Source: Guillardia theta CCMP2712 (taxonomy: Eukaryota > Protista > Cryptophyta). Taken from it: a DNA stretch of 64,000 nucleotides. Position numbers and translations under genes: made by a program. Below are positions 1-10,000 of the stretch, piece by piece (the first letter of the stretch is position 1; every line of letters starts with the position of its first letter). Below the pieces are notes generated by a model. The model made no database searches. It was not told the DNA's origin and was given only the letters and a program-made list of their open reading frames with translations. The stretch covers positions 372,001 to 436,000 of the forward strand of contig NW_005434649.1 of the NCBI RefSeq assembly GCF_000315625.1. The letters run 5' to 3'.

Positions 1-3000
1 TCTGCGGGTTACAGCAGACCCAAACTTGATGATGTATCAACCCGAGCGAGATCATTTTGACTCCCTCACTGGCCTCCACTCCTCCGTCTTTGCTGCCGTC
101 TCTCTCTACAACCGATATGATGCAAGAAAGTCAAACGCCGAGGTCGGAACAGGATACGTGAGTGCGATAGTTGTGACGTCGCTACCCCCCTCCACCTGCA
201 TAGGACCCATCACCATCGAGCCTCCGCCCTCAGGCAGGACAGCAAAGGCTCGGACAGCAGGCAACGGCGGCATCGCATCGATCGAGGTCATCGATGGAGG
301 GTACGGGTACGAGTATCCTCCAGCTGTCAGCTTTCCATGTGGAGGAGGCAGTGCTCGGGCTATTCTAGGCTTCACAACTTCAGACGTCCACATGGCCGGG
401 CCAAGAGCCTCCTCCTACACAGGGATGCAGTCGGCTCTGCTGACATCATCGTCCAAGGCTCCCGCCTTCCGTTTCTCGATGGACTCGCCAGTGGTAGTCG
501 GCTTCAACAAGGCTTGCAGCACTGCAGTCACGCAAACGATGCTGAGGGCAGGCGCCTCGTGGAACAGCTCTCGAGTTACTGCAGTGACCATCCCTCAGCA
601 GGGAGTCGCAGGGTTTGCGTTTGGGTTCACAAGCGTGAAGATAAGTCCGTCAGCCATCAACACCAACGGTCTGGTCGATGCTCATGCCGACGCCTTGGCG
701 GTCCCCACCTGGTCCTTTCCTGCCTCGGGGTCGAGGCTTGTCAACGGGGAAACTGGGATAGTGCATTACAATGGACCAACGGCAGTGACTAATCTCTTCA
801 GCTGCGATCAGTCGGTGCTGGTTTTCAGCCCTCCGCAACGAGGAGGAGGGCAGGTGTTGAAGATTAAAGTCTCTCAAGCTGCGGGAGCAAGCTTCCCGAG
901 CTACGAGATCGTACAGCAAGGTCAAGGGTATGCAAACATCCCGATCGTTGTCGACATTGAGTTCAGCGTCGGAGGGTCAGTCAAGAGCTACAGACAAGAC
1001 TACGCTGATCTGAGCAGCAGCCAGTCAACACTCTGCAAGCCCTCCTTCTTCTCCTTGAACACGGCATACCAGGGAACCAACGTCTACTCGAGTTTTGTCA
1101 TACCCTCAGGCACAGGGGCACAGCAGACAGGTCTGACTCTCGACGGAGCTCTCATCACCCGTGAGGGGTACGGATACCAAAGCTCTGGCTCCATACCCAT
1201 CGCGACCTTCAGCTGCAGTGGATGTTCCAGCAGCGCATGTGCTGACAAGGACGCCAACTCCATCGCCAACGAGCTCTGCACTGCCTCAGACCTCAAGGTG
1301 GAGGCGACAGTGAGCAGCGAGTGCTCGGGCACCTGCCTGCATTCAGTAGCGACCAGCGCCTTCTTCTCCCCCAGCAATCGCGATGGGCTGCAGATCTGCT
1401 CGCCGGCAAATGGAGCTGGAGGAGACTACAGGACCCGCAAGACGCTGCAGATGCGCGTGTCGAGCGGGCCTTCGGCGTACTCCAACAGCAACGTCTACAC
1501 GGCTCGACGTAGCCAGGGCTTTCAAGGCCCACGAGGCTCCTTGATCTTCAAGATCACAGCCAACGAGACTTTCGCGTCGTCCTCCCGCTGTCAACCTCCG
1601 CGCGTCATCGTTGAGCCTCCCTCCTCAGGAGGAGTGCAGGCAGAGGTCGTGCTCGACTACATCGACACAAGCCAGGACCCCTATTCCAACGAGCCGTCTG
1701 CGAGCTCGACAGCAGCCAACAAGGGCTTCACAGCAGATGCTGCTCCCTACCAGTACGTGCTCAGAGTCATCAACGCAGGATCCGGGTACTTGACCACTCC
1801 GAGCATCAGGGTCGTCGATTCTCCCGTGTCGTTGCCCGCATGTCCAGCTCCCACTATCGGAGCATACCCAAGGAGCGGGATGGTCGCATCCAGGGTCGAG
1901 CTTGTCAGGAACATCTCCCTACCAGAGCTTAAACAGGGAGGCGCAAACGTTCAACCGACGTGCAGCAGCGGGGCGTATGTCGTCAAGACTCTTTGTCCGG
2001 GATCCAACCTCTGCACAAGCGCCTACTCCAAAGCAGAGTTGAACCCGCTGCCCTCATGCTCAGCCTCCTCGCAATGCAGTCCATGTGCTACATTCCCTTG
2101 CCCCGCCAGCACCTGCGCGGCAGACAACTGTCCCTCCTACCTCTCGACAGTTCTCGATGCTTCTCTCTCAAGCGTGGTCGCTGATGAGGCCCTGGCGTCC
2201 ATCGGGTGGGATGCTCGGACACAGCAGCCAGTGCTGCTCAACGCGGGCTTCGGCTTCTCTCCTAGCTCACCTAACCCGCTGAGGCTCGAGTTTCCCTCGG
2301 ATTCAGGACAAGCGTATCCATGCGCGGAGATCCTTCTCTACTTCACCGACAGCCCCAGCTCAGAAGCGCTTCAGCCGGGCCCTCTCTACTGGCCGGGGGA
2401 CTTATCTTTTGATCAGAGCTCGGTCCGCAACCTCGCGGGGCAGGTTACCGCAGTCGACTATCTGTTTAGACCCGCCTTCATCAACGCGGTCTTCGGGTCC
2501 TTCAGCAGCTTCCCCGTCACGACTCTTGTGGCTCTCAGAGATCAGTCGGCTCGTAGACTCCTCCAGACCTCCAGGTCGGCTCTCCTGATAGTGCAGTCAG
2601 TGACCGGGTTCAAGGTGGGCGACTACCTCCGACTCGTCGATGAGATCCTCCTCGTGGACGCGATCAGTGTCGAGCAGAACTCCCTCGCGGTTACTCGAGG
2701 CGCGTTGAACTCCAGCATAGCCTTGACCTTCAGTGCTGGCACCGTTGTCAGGACCTTCAACCCCGGCTCCGTGCTGTTGCAGAGTGTCCCAAGGAACGCG
2801 ACAAGCATCGATGTGTCAAATACAGCCAAGTTTAGGTCGGGCAGATACATCCAGGTGGAGAAGGAAGTCATGTACGTCACTGCCGTAGGGGCCTCGTCGC
2901 TGACTGTTCTTCGAGCACAAGGAGGGACCATCGCGTCTAGTCATGCCGCGTTCAAGGCGGTGGGCTACGTTCGTCCCTCCCAGCAGTATCCCGTTGTACT

Positions 3001-6000
3001 GGTAGAAGCCGTCACAGCCAATCAAACCTCCATGTCTGTGTCGGACGCGAGCCTTTTCTTCGTGGGGGCCTTGATCAAGGTGCTGGAAGAGTCTATGGCA
3101 GTCACTTCGATCTCCGGCAACCAACTCACGGTCAAGCGAGCACAGGAAGGAACATCAGCTTCATCGTACCCGACACAAGTGCTAGTGAAGTTGACAGTTA
3201 TCTCGCCGAGCGTGAATTCTTCCGATTCGTCAGGCGCTTCCGTCTCCATCGAGGGGGGTGTGCTCCAAACAGCCCCCTCCATCATCTATAGATCAAACAT
3301 GGTACTGCTAACTCATCTCAGCTCCAGCGACACTGTTCTACATGTGCAGGACCCAGTGAAGGATACCAACTCATCCGGCTTTCAGCCAGGCGACTATCTT
3401 CTAATATTTAACTATTACGTTTTGAACTACGAGGCGATGTTGGTGTTGAGTGTTGAGACTGCTACAGTATCGCAGTATCTCTATCAGAACCTGACGGTCG
3501 AAAGAGGTCAGTTTCAGTCATATGCACAAGAGTTTTTTCAAGGGGTCTCGGTGAACCTTCTGTTCAACCCTCGTGTCCTTGAGCAGGATATCACTGACAC
3601 GGGCACGCACGCGAGCTTCTCCAACACCTATGGACTACAATCCGGAGATCTGCTGTGGACGTTCCCGGCCAATGACAACGCTGGAGAGATAGAAGTGATG
3701 GAGTATCAGTCGGACGGTAGTGTGCTCCGAGGCTTGATCCCTGACTGGGCTGGGAAGTCACAAGCTACCACCGTGTCAGCAGGAGCGCTTGTGCAGACTG
3801 TTGCTGAGCCTGCCTACCTCAATCCTCCGTATTGTACCCACGTCAATAACAGTTTAGTTAGCATGTCAAGGACATCAGATTTTGCAGTTGGAGACAACGT
3901 GAGCGATGGGCATACAGTTTACAAGGTGACAGCGATCGATGCAGCATCAAACAACATCACTGTAGAAAGTTTGTACTTTGCAGGTACTCCTTGTGGTAAA
4001 TACGGCTTTCTGGTCAAGATTGAGGGTCTGAGACTCCTCAGCTCGAGTTTCACTGTCTCTCGCTCATTTGACCCACTTGCTGTCTACACTATCTCCTTGT
4101 CCACTCAAGTCTCTGACTTCTACTCCCCGGGAGACTTCGTGTGGATAGCTGACGGGAGCACGTCAAGTTATGCGATGTTTCAAGTTGAATCTGTTGGAGA
4201 TTACTCTCTAAATGTAGCTGTATTCACCGATTCGCTTGGCAGTACATTCAACAAAGACATAGCAGTCTTGTACAAGTACGAGAGGTTTGACGTCATCAAT
4301 GGTGCCGCACTGTCTCCCGGTGACAGCGTCTTGTTCTCGTGGAATACCTGGGGCGGGACAGCACAAGTCATTTCATCCTCTGAGAACCAAGTACGCCTCA
4401 AGTTCACCTCAGGAAGGTATAACTCAGACCTTCGTGCTTCATACTTTGAGGATATGTTTCAGACCTTTCAGCTCCTACCAGTCTCGAAGAAGAGCTACGC
4501 CAAGTCAAAGCTTGCTCTAGCCGTTAACTCGAGCGAAACGCGCGTCATTCTCTTCGACGCCTCTGGGTTCCGAGTGGGCAACAACTTCATTATCGACAAC
4601 GAGATCATGACCATAGACAACATCAACGGCAACCTCCTTCAAGTCTCTCGAGCTCAAGCTGGCACCGCTGCTGCCCCTCACAACCTCGGAGCAAACATCA
4701 CATGGACCGCTCCCACCTCCACGACGTCATCACCAGTGTCTTCTGTTACTCCCCTGACCCGACGCAGCGAGCACCTCAGGTACATCTCAGAGCTGGGCTC
4801 CATCACCCTTCCGAGCTCGATCCTGCAGGCCTCCAGCAGCTATCAGGACGTGTGGGCTATACTTGATCATGAGATCATTTTGATCCGGCAGCCCGCCTTA
4901 AACATAGTCCAGGCTTCTGACCGCGGACTGAGAGGAACGGTAGCAGCTGCTCACGTGACCAACACGCCCTACAACATCCCCAACGCGCTCTTCTCCTGGC
5001 AATTTAACGTCAGGTCAAGCTTGCTTGGCTCGTCGGGCTTTTCAGCTTTGCCTGTCTACAGCATGAATGCTGCTGGAGTGATCGCATTGTCCGGAGTCCA
5101 TGTGCTGTCGGGTGGATCCGGAGTCTCAGGTCGGCCATCCTTCCAGCTGAGCACCAACAGGTTCATCGACAGCGATGCGCAAGGACAGTCAGTCGGAGGA
5201 GTGACTTACTCATACCGTCCTCTGATCCAACAGACTTACCTTGGGGTCGACCTCTCCAACAAGTTCACTCAGAGACTGATCAGACCCAATCTCAATTACC
5301 CCGTGACCTACCAGCCCTGGAGGTTCCCAGCAGACCCTCTCTACTTCCAGGACAGGATGGACGGGTTTGACCCGAGCTCGGACAGCTCCCTCCTGTCTCA
5401 CAACGGCTCCAATGCCATCAACGCGAGCTCGCCCATCCCCTTCGAGCCAGGCTCACCAGTGTTTGTGCTCGACTCCTTTGGTCAGATGCTGGGCGATCAG
5501 GCTGTACCCCATCAGAGCCTATCGGTGTCCGATGGTGCGGCATACTCCTACTCCATCACCAGTAGACCTTCCGTGCTGGACTCTACCTGGAGCAGCCCCG
5601 CCTTACTCATCGTGTCGACTTCGTCGGCTACTACAGCAGAAATCTTCTTCAACGACACTGTAGCGGGCTTATACTCTAACGGACAAAAGAATGCCCTGCT
5701 GTCCTCCAGCAGCCGGATGTTTGCATGGAAGACAGACCCACGCAAGCTTGCTGTGCACGTCGGAGCCGTTGGAACAGGGTTAAACACAGCAAGTGCGAGC
5801 TCGTCGACATCAGCAGGAGGTCAGAACATCGGAGCCATCATTGGAGGCGTCATCGCGGGCGTCGTCGGAGCAGCTCTGATTGGTTTCCTTGCCTACAAAC
5901 TTATCGCACCTAAACTTGTCGCCAAGGCTGTAGACGAGGTGATTGTGCCCGTCTACCTGCCTCAGGCGTATCCTGCCCTGCCCGTAGACTACGCTACAGC

Positions 6001-6067
6001 AGCTCCCATGCCAATCAGCATCAGCACTCCAGTCTATGGCCAGCAGCCCTTGGCTTACGGCATGTAG
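1..6067 (+). CDS. Very large (>2013 aa, 5'-truncated by window) type I-like membrane/surface protein with phage-structural-like beta-rich repeats
   Basis: Frame is open from position 2 (LRVTADPNL...) to the stop at 6067 with no intron needed. About 6 'I-x-V-x-x-x-G-x-G-Y-x-x-x-P' repeats and 7 or more ~65-70 aa repeats of type 'F-x-x-G-x-x-I-x-[IV]-x-x-E-x-M-x-V-...-L-x-V-x-R-[AG]-x-x-G-T-x-A-x-x-H'. Cys-rich segments. One C-terminal TM helix (IGAIIGGVIAGVVGAALIGFLAY, ~5828-5896) and a Pro/Tyr-rich tail. Confidence 0.85.
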   Translation, partial: LRVTADPNLMMYQPERDHFDSLTGLHSSVFAAVSLYNRYDARKSNAEVGTGYVSAIVVTSLPPSTCIGPITIEPPPSGRTAKARTAGNGGIASIEVIDGGYGYEYPPAVSFPCGGGSARAILGFTTSDVHMAGPRASSYTGMQSALLTSSSKAPAFRFSMDSPVVVGFNKACSTAVTQTMLRAGASWNSSRVTAVTIPQQGVAGFAFGFTSVKISPSAINTNGLVDAHADALAVPTWSFPASGSRLVNGETGIVHYNGPTAVTNLFSCDQSVLVFSPPQRGGGQVLKIKVSQAAGASFPSYEIVQQGQGYANIPIVVDIEFSVGGSVKSYRQDYADLSSSQSTLCKPSFFSLNTAYQGTNVYSSFVIPSGTGAQQTGLTLDGALITREGYGYQSSGSIPIATFSCSGCSSSACADKDANSIANELCTASDLKVEATVSSECSGTCLHSVATSAFFSPSNRDGLQICSPANGAGGDYRTRKTLQMRVSSGPSAYSNSNVYTARRSQGFQGPRGSLIFKITANETFASSSRCQPPRVIVEPPSSGGVQAEVVLDYIDTSQDPYSNEPSASSTAANKGFTADAAPYQYVLRVINAGSGYLTTPSIRVVDSPVSLPACPAPTIGAYPRSGMVASRVELVRNISLPELKQGGANVQPTCSSGAYVVKTLCPGSNLCTSAYSKAELNPLPSCSASSQCSPCATFPCPASTCAADNCPSYLSTVLDASLSSVVADEALASIGWDARTQQPVLLNAGFGFSPSSPNPLRLEFPSDSGQAYPCAEILLYFTDSPSSEALQPGPLYWPGDLSFDQSSVRNLAGQVTAVDYLFRPAFINAVFGSFSSFPVTTLVALRDQSARRLLQTSRSALLIVQSVTGFKVGDYLRLVDEILLVDAISVEQNSLAVTRGALNSSIALTFSAGTVVRTFNPGSVLLQSVPRNATSIDVSNTAKFRSGRYIQVEKEVMYVTAVGASSLTVLRAQGGTIASSHAAFKAVGYVRPSQQYPVVLVEAVTANQTSMSVSDASLFFVGALIKVLEESMAVTSISGNQLTVKRAQEGTSASSYPTQVLVKLTVISPSVNSSDSSGASVSIEGGVLQTAPSIIYRSNMVLLTHLSSSDTVLHVQDPVKDTNSSGFQPGDYLLIFNYYVLNYEAMLVLSVETATVSQYLYQNLTVERGQFQSYAQEFFQGVSVNLLFNPRVLEQDITDTGTHASFSNTYGLQSGDLLWTFPANDNAGEIEVMEYQSDGSVLRGLIPDWAGKSQATTVSAGALVQTVAEPAYLNPPYCTHVNNSLVSMSRTSDFAVGDNVSDGHTVYKVTAIDAASNNITVESLYFAGTPCGKYGFLVKIEGLRLLSSSFTVSRSFDPLAVYTISLSTQVSDFYSPGDFVWIADGSTSSYAMFQVESVGDYSLNVAVFTDSLGSTFNKDIAVLYKYERFDVINGAALSPGDSVLFSWNTWGGTAQVISSSENQVRLKFTSGRYNSDLRASYFEDMFQTFQLLPVSKKSYAKSKLALAVNSSETRVILFDASGFRVGNNFIIDNEIMTIDNINGNLLQVSRAQAGTAAAPHNLGANITWTAPTSTTSSPVSSVTPLTRRSEHLRYISELGSITLPSSILQASSSYQDVWAILDHEIILIRQPALNIVQASDRGLRGTVAAAHVTNTPYNIPNALFSWQFNVRSSLLGSSGFSALPVYSMNAAGVIALSGVHVLSGGSGVSGRPSFQLSTNRFIDSDAQGQSVGGVTYSYRPLIQQTYLGVDLSNKFTQRLIRPNLNYPVTYQPWRFPADPLYFQDRMDGFDPSSDSSLLSHNGSNAINASSPIPFEPGSPVFVLDSFGQMLGDQAVPHQSLSVSDGAAYSYSITSRPSVLDSTWSSPALLIVSTSSATTAEIFFNDTVAGLYSNGQKNALLSSSSRMFAWKTDPRKLAVHVGAVGTGLNTASASSSTSAGGQNIGAIIGGVIAGVVGAALIGFLAYKLIAPKLVAKAVDEVIVPVYLPQAYPALPVDYATAAPMPISISTPVYGQQPLAYGM

Positions 6068-6510
6068 GGGAAGGCAATGGGACTTGATGATCCGGCAGGC
6101 AGCAGCAGCTGCTGCCTGCCTTGTAGAGCTCGATACGAGCCTTCGATTCTATTGAATGATAATAAAGTAAGTAATACCGGTTATTTCCGATTGAATTAAG
6201 TCGCCTCAAGCGCAGTGCGATGATGGAAGAGCTTCATGGAGAACTCATAGCGAAACAATCTCATTTAGTGGTACACGAGCGAAGCTTTGTCCTCGACTCT
6301 CACTGATACTGGTAGTAATCTCCTGTCAGACTCATCTAACCCTGACTTTCTTCATGTCCTCTACCCCTTGGTCGGGCCTCGATGTGCGTACCTGTACAGG
6401 CTTCGGCGTGTTTTCATCTGATGGATGGTGAATCTGCCACTCACCTAGTCGATAGCCAATCCTGAGACCTAGTGACAGCCTCCTATTTTCTTACTTTTCA
6501 CCAAGATCGA

Positions 6511-6623
6511 GATGAAGTAGGAGGCATCTTGAAGATGAAGTAGGAGGCATCTTGAAGATGAAGTAGGAGGCATCTTGAAGATGAAGTAGGAGGCATCTTG
6601 AAGATGAAGTAGGAGGCATCTTG
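6511..6623. repeat. 23-bp minisatellite GATGAAGTAGGAGGCATCTTGAA, ~5 identical copies
   Basis: Units start at 6511, 6534, 6557, 6580 and 6603 (last one partial); no spacers between them. Confidence 0.95.
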
Positions 6624-7099
6624 TTCTCGTGGACTTCGCTCGTGTCACGAAGTAGGTGTTGATTTGAATCTGAGCTAGCAGGAGTAAAACATATGAAATG
6701 GTACACACTGACGCGAGGGCATGCACTTCTGTCTGACTGTACCTCTAGGATACGCTTATCTCAATGCACAGGACCACAGAAGAACGGTGAGTCTCAGAAC
6801 GTTGCTTTTCTCTCCACCGCCCTGGCTGAATCTCCCTTCTCCTCAACGTCCTCGTTTGACTTTCCTACGTTGGCTTTCTACCTCTTCAACCTCCTGTCTC
6901 AACTGTCATCATCCAACCACCTGCCCCCCTTCTCTTGTTCTGATGGCTTCCCACAGGCCCCAAACTTCCCGGGCTATCGCCCTGACATTGCAAAGAAGTG
7001 AAGGAAGTCACTTCCTCCACGTGCTATGGCATCAATGACTTCACTGTACAAATAATCCCATGCGACATCTAGACTTTGTGAGGTGTAAACAAGAATCTT

Positions 7100-7741
7100 T
7101 CAGATCTCCTCTTTCTCTGCCTCTCTGCATGTCAATCATCATCAGGCGCTCGATCGCCTCCTCCTCCCTAACAAACCTCTCTGTGAAGATGTAGACGTCG
7201 TTGGACCACAACCCTCCCCGCCCATTGACGCACTGCAAGAGCCAGTTGATCATGGAAATCGCTGGAGAAGGGAGGAGGAAGCAGGTGGTTGCGTAGGAGG
7301 ACGAAGCGAGGGAAAGTGGAAGGGGGGGGGGAGGAGGAGGTCTATACATCATAAGGCGGCGACATGTTCTCAGCCTCTCCGAACATGTTGTACCTGCGAT
7401 ATTGCAGACTTTACTCCCTCCTGCCAGCCCTCACAGTCTGCTTACCTTGTGAGCATGTTCTCAGACCCTCCGCACCATCCGCCATCCTGCCCGAGAGGTC
7501 GTCGAGTCAGCGGGAAGGGATAGAGGAAGGCGCCTGCTCTTGCACTTGCCTGCAGGACGAACCCAGGGAGTTTTCTGTCCCATGCCACTTGCGCGCAGCT
7601 GTTGATTGGGTCACGTCTGAAGCGATAGTTGTCGTTCAGCCTCGCGTCCGTGTGCTCCAGAGACGGGATCACCCGCTCTCCTCCTCCTGGTGCCGAGAGA
7701 GCAGGTGAAAGAGGAGTTACATCGAGGAGGAGAGGGGAACA

Positions 7742-7781
<40 letters not shown>

Positions 7782-8003
7782 AGACCGCGAAGGAGGAGGA
7801 GCCATAGCAGGACAAGGGCAACGAGAACAAGGGCAAGGATAGGACAAGGGCAAGGACAAGGACGATTTAGTTGTAACCCTCCTTATCCTCTTCGTTCACT
7901 CACCCATGTCCGCATCGCGATAGCATCCGACTCTCTTGTACCTCGGCGCCGCCATGGCAGTAGCAGCAATAGCAGCCAAGACCATGAACTTGAAGATGCT
8001 CAT
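7100..8003 (-). CDS. Small secreted multi-exon protein with a WSC-like Cys domain
   Basis: Manual splicing: ATG 8003; exon 1 8003-7904; exon 2 from 7686 ending at a GC donor (CAG|gcaagt); further short exons. Product MSIFKFMVLAAIAATAMA-APRYKRVGCYRDADMGGGERVIPSLEHTDARLNDNYRFRRDPINSCAQVAWDRKLPGFVLQDGGWCGGSENMLTRYNMFGEAENMSPPYDCVNGRGGLWSNDVYIFTEREAEKEEI*. Clear signal peptide. The last intron/exon is tentative; the alternative stop is at 7041. Confidence 0.75.
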
Positions 8004-8417
8004 GCCGACGCCAAGATAGTCAGCAGAAGAGGGAGGAGGAGGGAGGAGGAGGGAGAGGAAGAGGAGGAAGAGGGGGAGAGGGGGGGAGGAGACGTCTGAT
8101 GACTGAATAGGTGGGAGCGGGGAGGGGAGACGGGAATTCGGGCAACAAATAACTAAACAGGAAGGGGCGGAAAGGTGGGAACCCGGGACTGGGGAGGGGA
8201 GGGCAACGTGGAAGGAGAGGAGATGGTGAAGATGGGGAGAGCGAGAGGACATGAGGGAAGTGAGGGATGAGACGGTCCCCTGCTCTTCGATTCCCTTCCT
8301 TCCTCTTGCGGTGTGCTAATCTCTGATAGCTAGGGTTTTAATGTTGAAATGCTGCACAACCCGACCATATTGCTGGTCTCCTCTCTCCTCCCCAGCGACT
8401 ACCCTTTGTCCTCTCTC

Positions 8418-8708
8418 GATGCGATGCGATGAGATGCGATGAGATGAGATGAGATGAGATGCGATGAGATGAGATGAGATGAGATGAGATTTGAAATACC
8501 GAGGAGAGAAAAGAGAAGCTGAAGGGGGGGGAGGGAGAGAAGAGAGATTATCGTCTCGTCTCGTCTCATCCCATCCCATCCCATCCCATCCCATCCCATC
8601 CCCTCCCATCCCCTCCCATCCCATCCCATCCCCTCCCCTCCCGTCCCCTCCCATCCCATCCCATCCCATCCCATCCCCTCCCGTCCCATCCCCTCCCCTC
8701 CCCTCCCA
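8418..8708. repeat. Compound pentanucleotide microsatellites (GATGA/GATGC)n and (ATCCC/CTCCC)n
   Basis: Directly visible; source of several spurious low-complexity ORFs. Confidence 0.95.
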
Positions 8709-8835
8709 CCCATATATTGAGGGGAAGCGTTCTACCAAGTGGATGTTGAAGTGTTGGCACAGTTTGGAGGAGAGGGCTCGATTTGCTATGTCACGATCAC
8801 CTAAACAAAGAGTGAAATCCTGTGCTGCCTGCTCC

Positions 8836-8935
8836 NNNNNNNNNNNNNNNNNNNNNNNNNNNNNNNNNNNNNNNNNNNNNNNNNNNNNNNNNNNNNNNNN
8901 NNNNNNNNNNNNNNNNNNNNNNNNNNNNNNNNNNN
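8836..8935. other. Assembly gap (100 N)
   Basis: Run of N. Confidence 1.
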
Positions 8936-9244
8936 AGGGAGGGAGGGAGGGAGGGAGAGAGGTAGTAGTGGTGGTGGTGGTGGTGGAGCAAGACGAGGAG
9001 GACAAGGACGAGGAGAGGAAGATGGGAAACGAGAGGGGAAGAACAGTATCTAGAAGAGGACGTGGCAGTGGGGTTAGCTGTTGCTATTGCCTGACCCTTA
9101 CGTCTCCCTTCTGTCAGTTTCCGCTGCGTCTTTGGAACCGTTCAGGAGCTGTATCTGAGCTTGCAGGACATTATTGTAGTCTGTCGACTTTCTCCTTGTA
9201 TGCATTAAGACAAACAAGAAGCAAACCAGCGTCTCTCCCTCTCC

Positions 9245-9293
9245 CTCGACCTCGACCTCGACCTCGACCTCGACCTCGACCTCGACCTCGACC
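9245..9293. repeat. (CTCGAC)n hexamer microsatellite
   Basis: About 8 tandem copies visible. Confidence 0.9.
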
Positions 9294-10000
9294 TTGCTCC
9301 GATGCTTTCAGTAGAAGCTGCTAGCAGCTTAATATCACTTGACTTATTTGACCGTTTTGGGTATTACACTTTTCCTTCGTGACTTTTTTGACGTATTACA
9401 CTTTTCCTTCGTGAACAAACTATGAACAACTGCCCTGGTAACTCTCTCACTTTCCCTTATCATTCTCGTCAGCCTTTCACATGATTTCAGCAAGGGGGCG
9501 GGAAGGCATGGCGCAGCCTTGCCGCGGGAGCTTGCTCCCCCCTTGGTGACCAATGGCCGTTCTCCCTGTTCTTCCGTTCTGCCGTTCTGCACGGTGACCC
9601 CGGAGCACCCTACCGATGACCTGAACCGAATAAAAAGAAAACAATCATCATTGATGAAACTTGCCGTTCTGCAGGTGGTTATTATCCACCCGTGGCAGGT
9701 GTGGAGGGTGGAGGGTTTGATTTTGCTCCTCCCAAATATTTTTTGGGGAATTCGACATAAACGCGCAGAAATATATGGATGTAGGACAATTAGACAGATA
9801 GTACAAATTATATGGATAGTAACGCCTATTAAATTATTGTTAACATTATAAAAATATCTATTTCGGTACTAATTTAAGTTACATTCCATTTTACAAACAA
9901 TTATTGCTGAAGTACCGTAGTACGCCCCCGTACAAACTGCTATACTTGGTACTATTTTCCCGCCAATCAATCTGGCCTTTCCAGCACGCCGCGGACGCCC

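Noticed and set aside
6511-6623. Repeat array as CRISPR
   Set aside because: Contiguous units with no spacers, no cas genes, eukaryotic context.
8316-9324. ORFs spanning microsatellites and the gap; faint HMG-like WHSLEERARF
   Set aside because: Low complexity, crosses Ns, and the similarity is too short to support.
9690-9744. GGAGGGT motifs as part of longer MULE TIRs
   Set aside because: They lie outside the perfect 10-bp TSD, so they belong to the target site.
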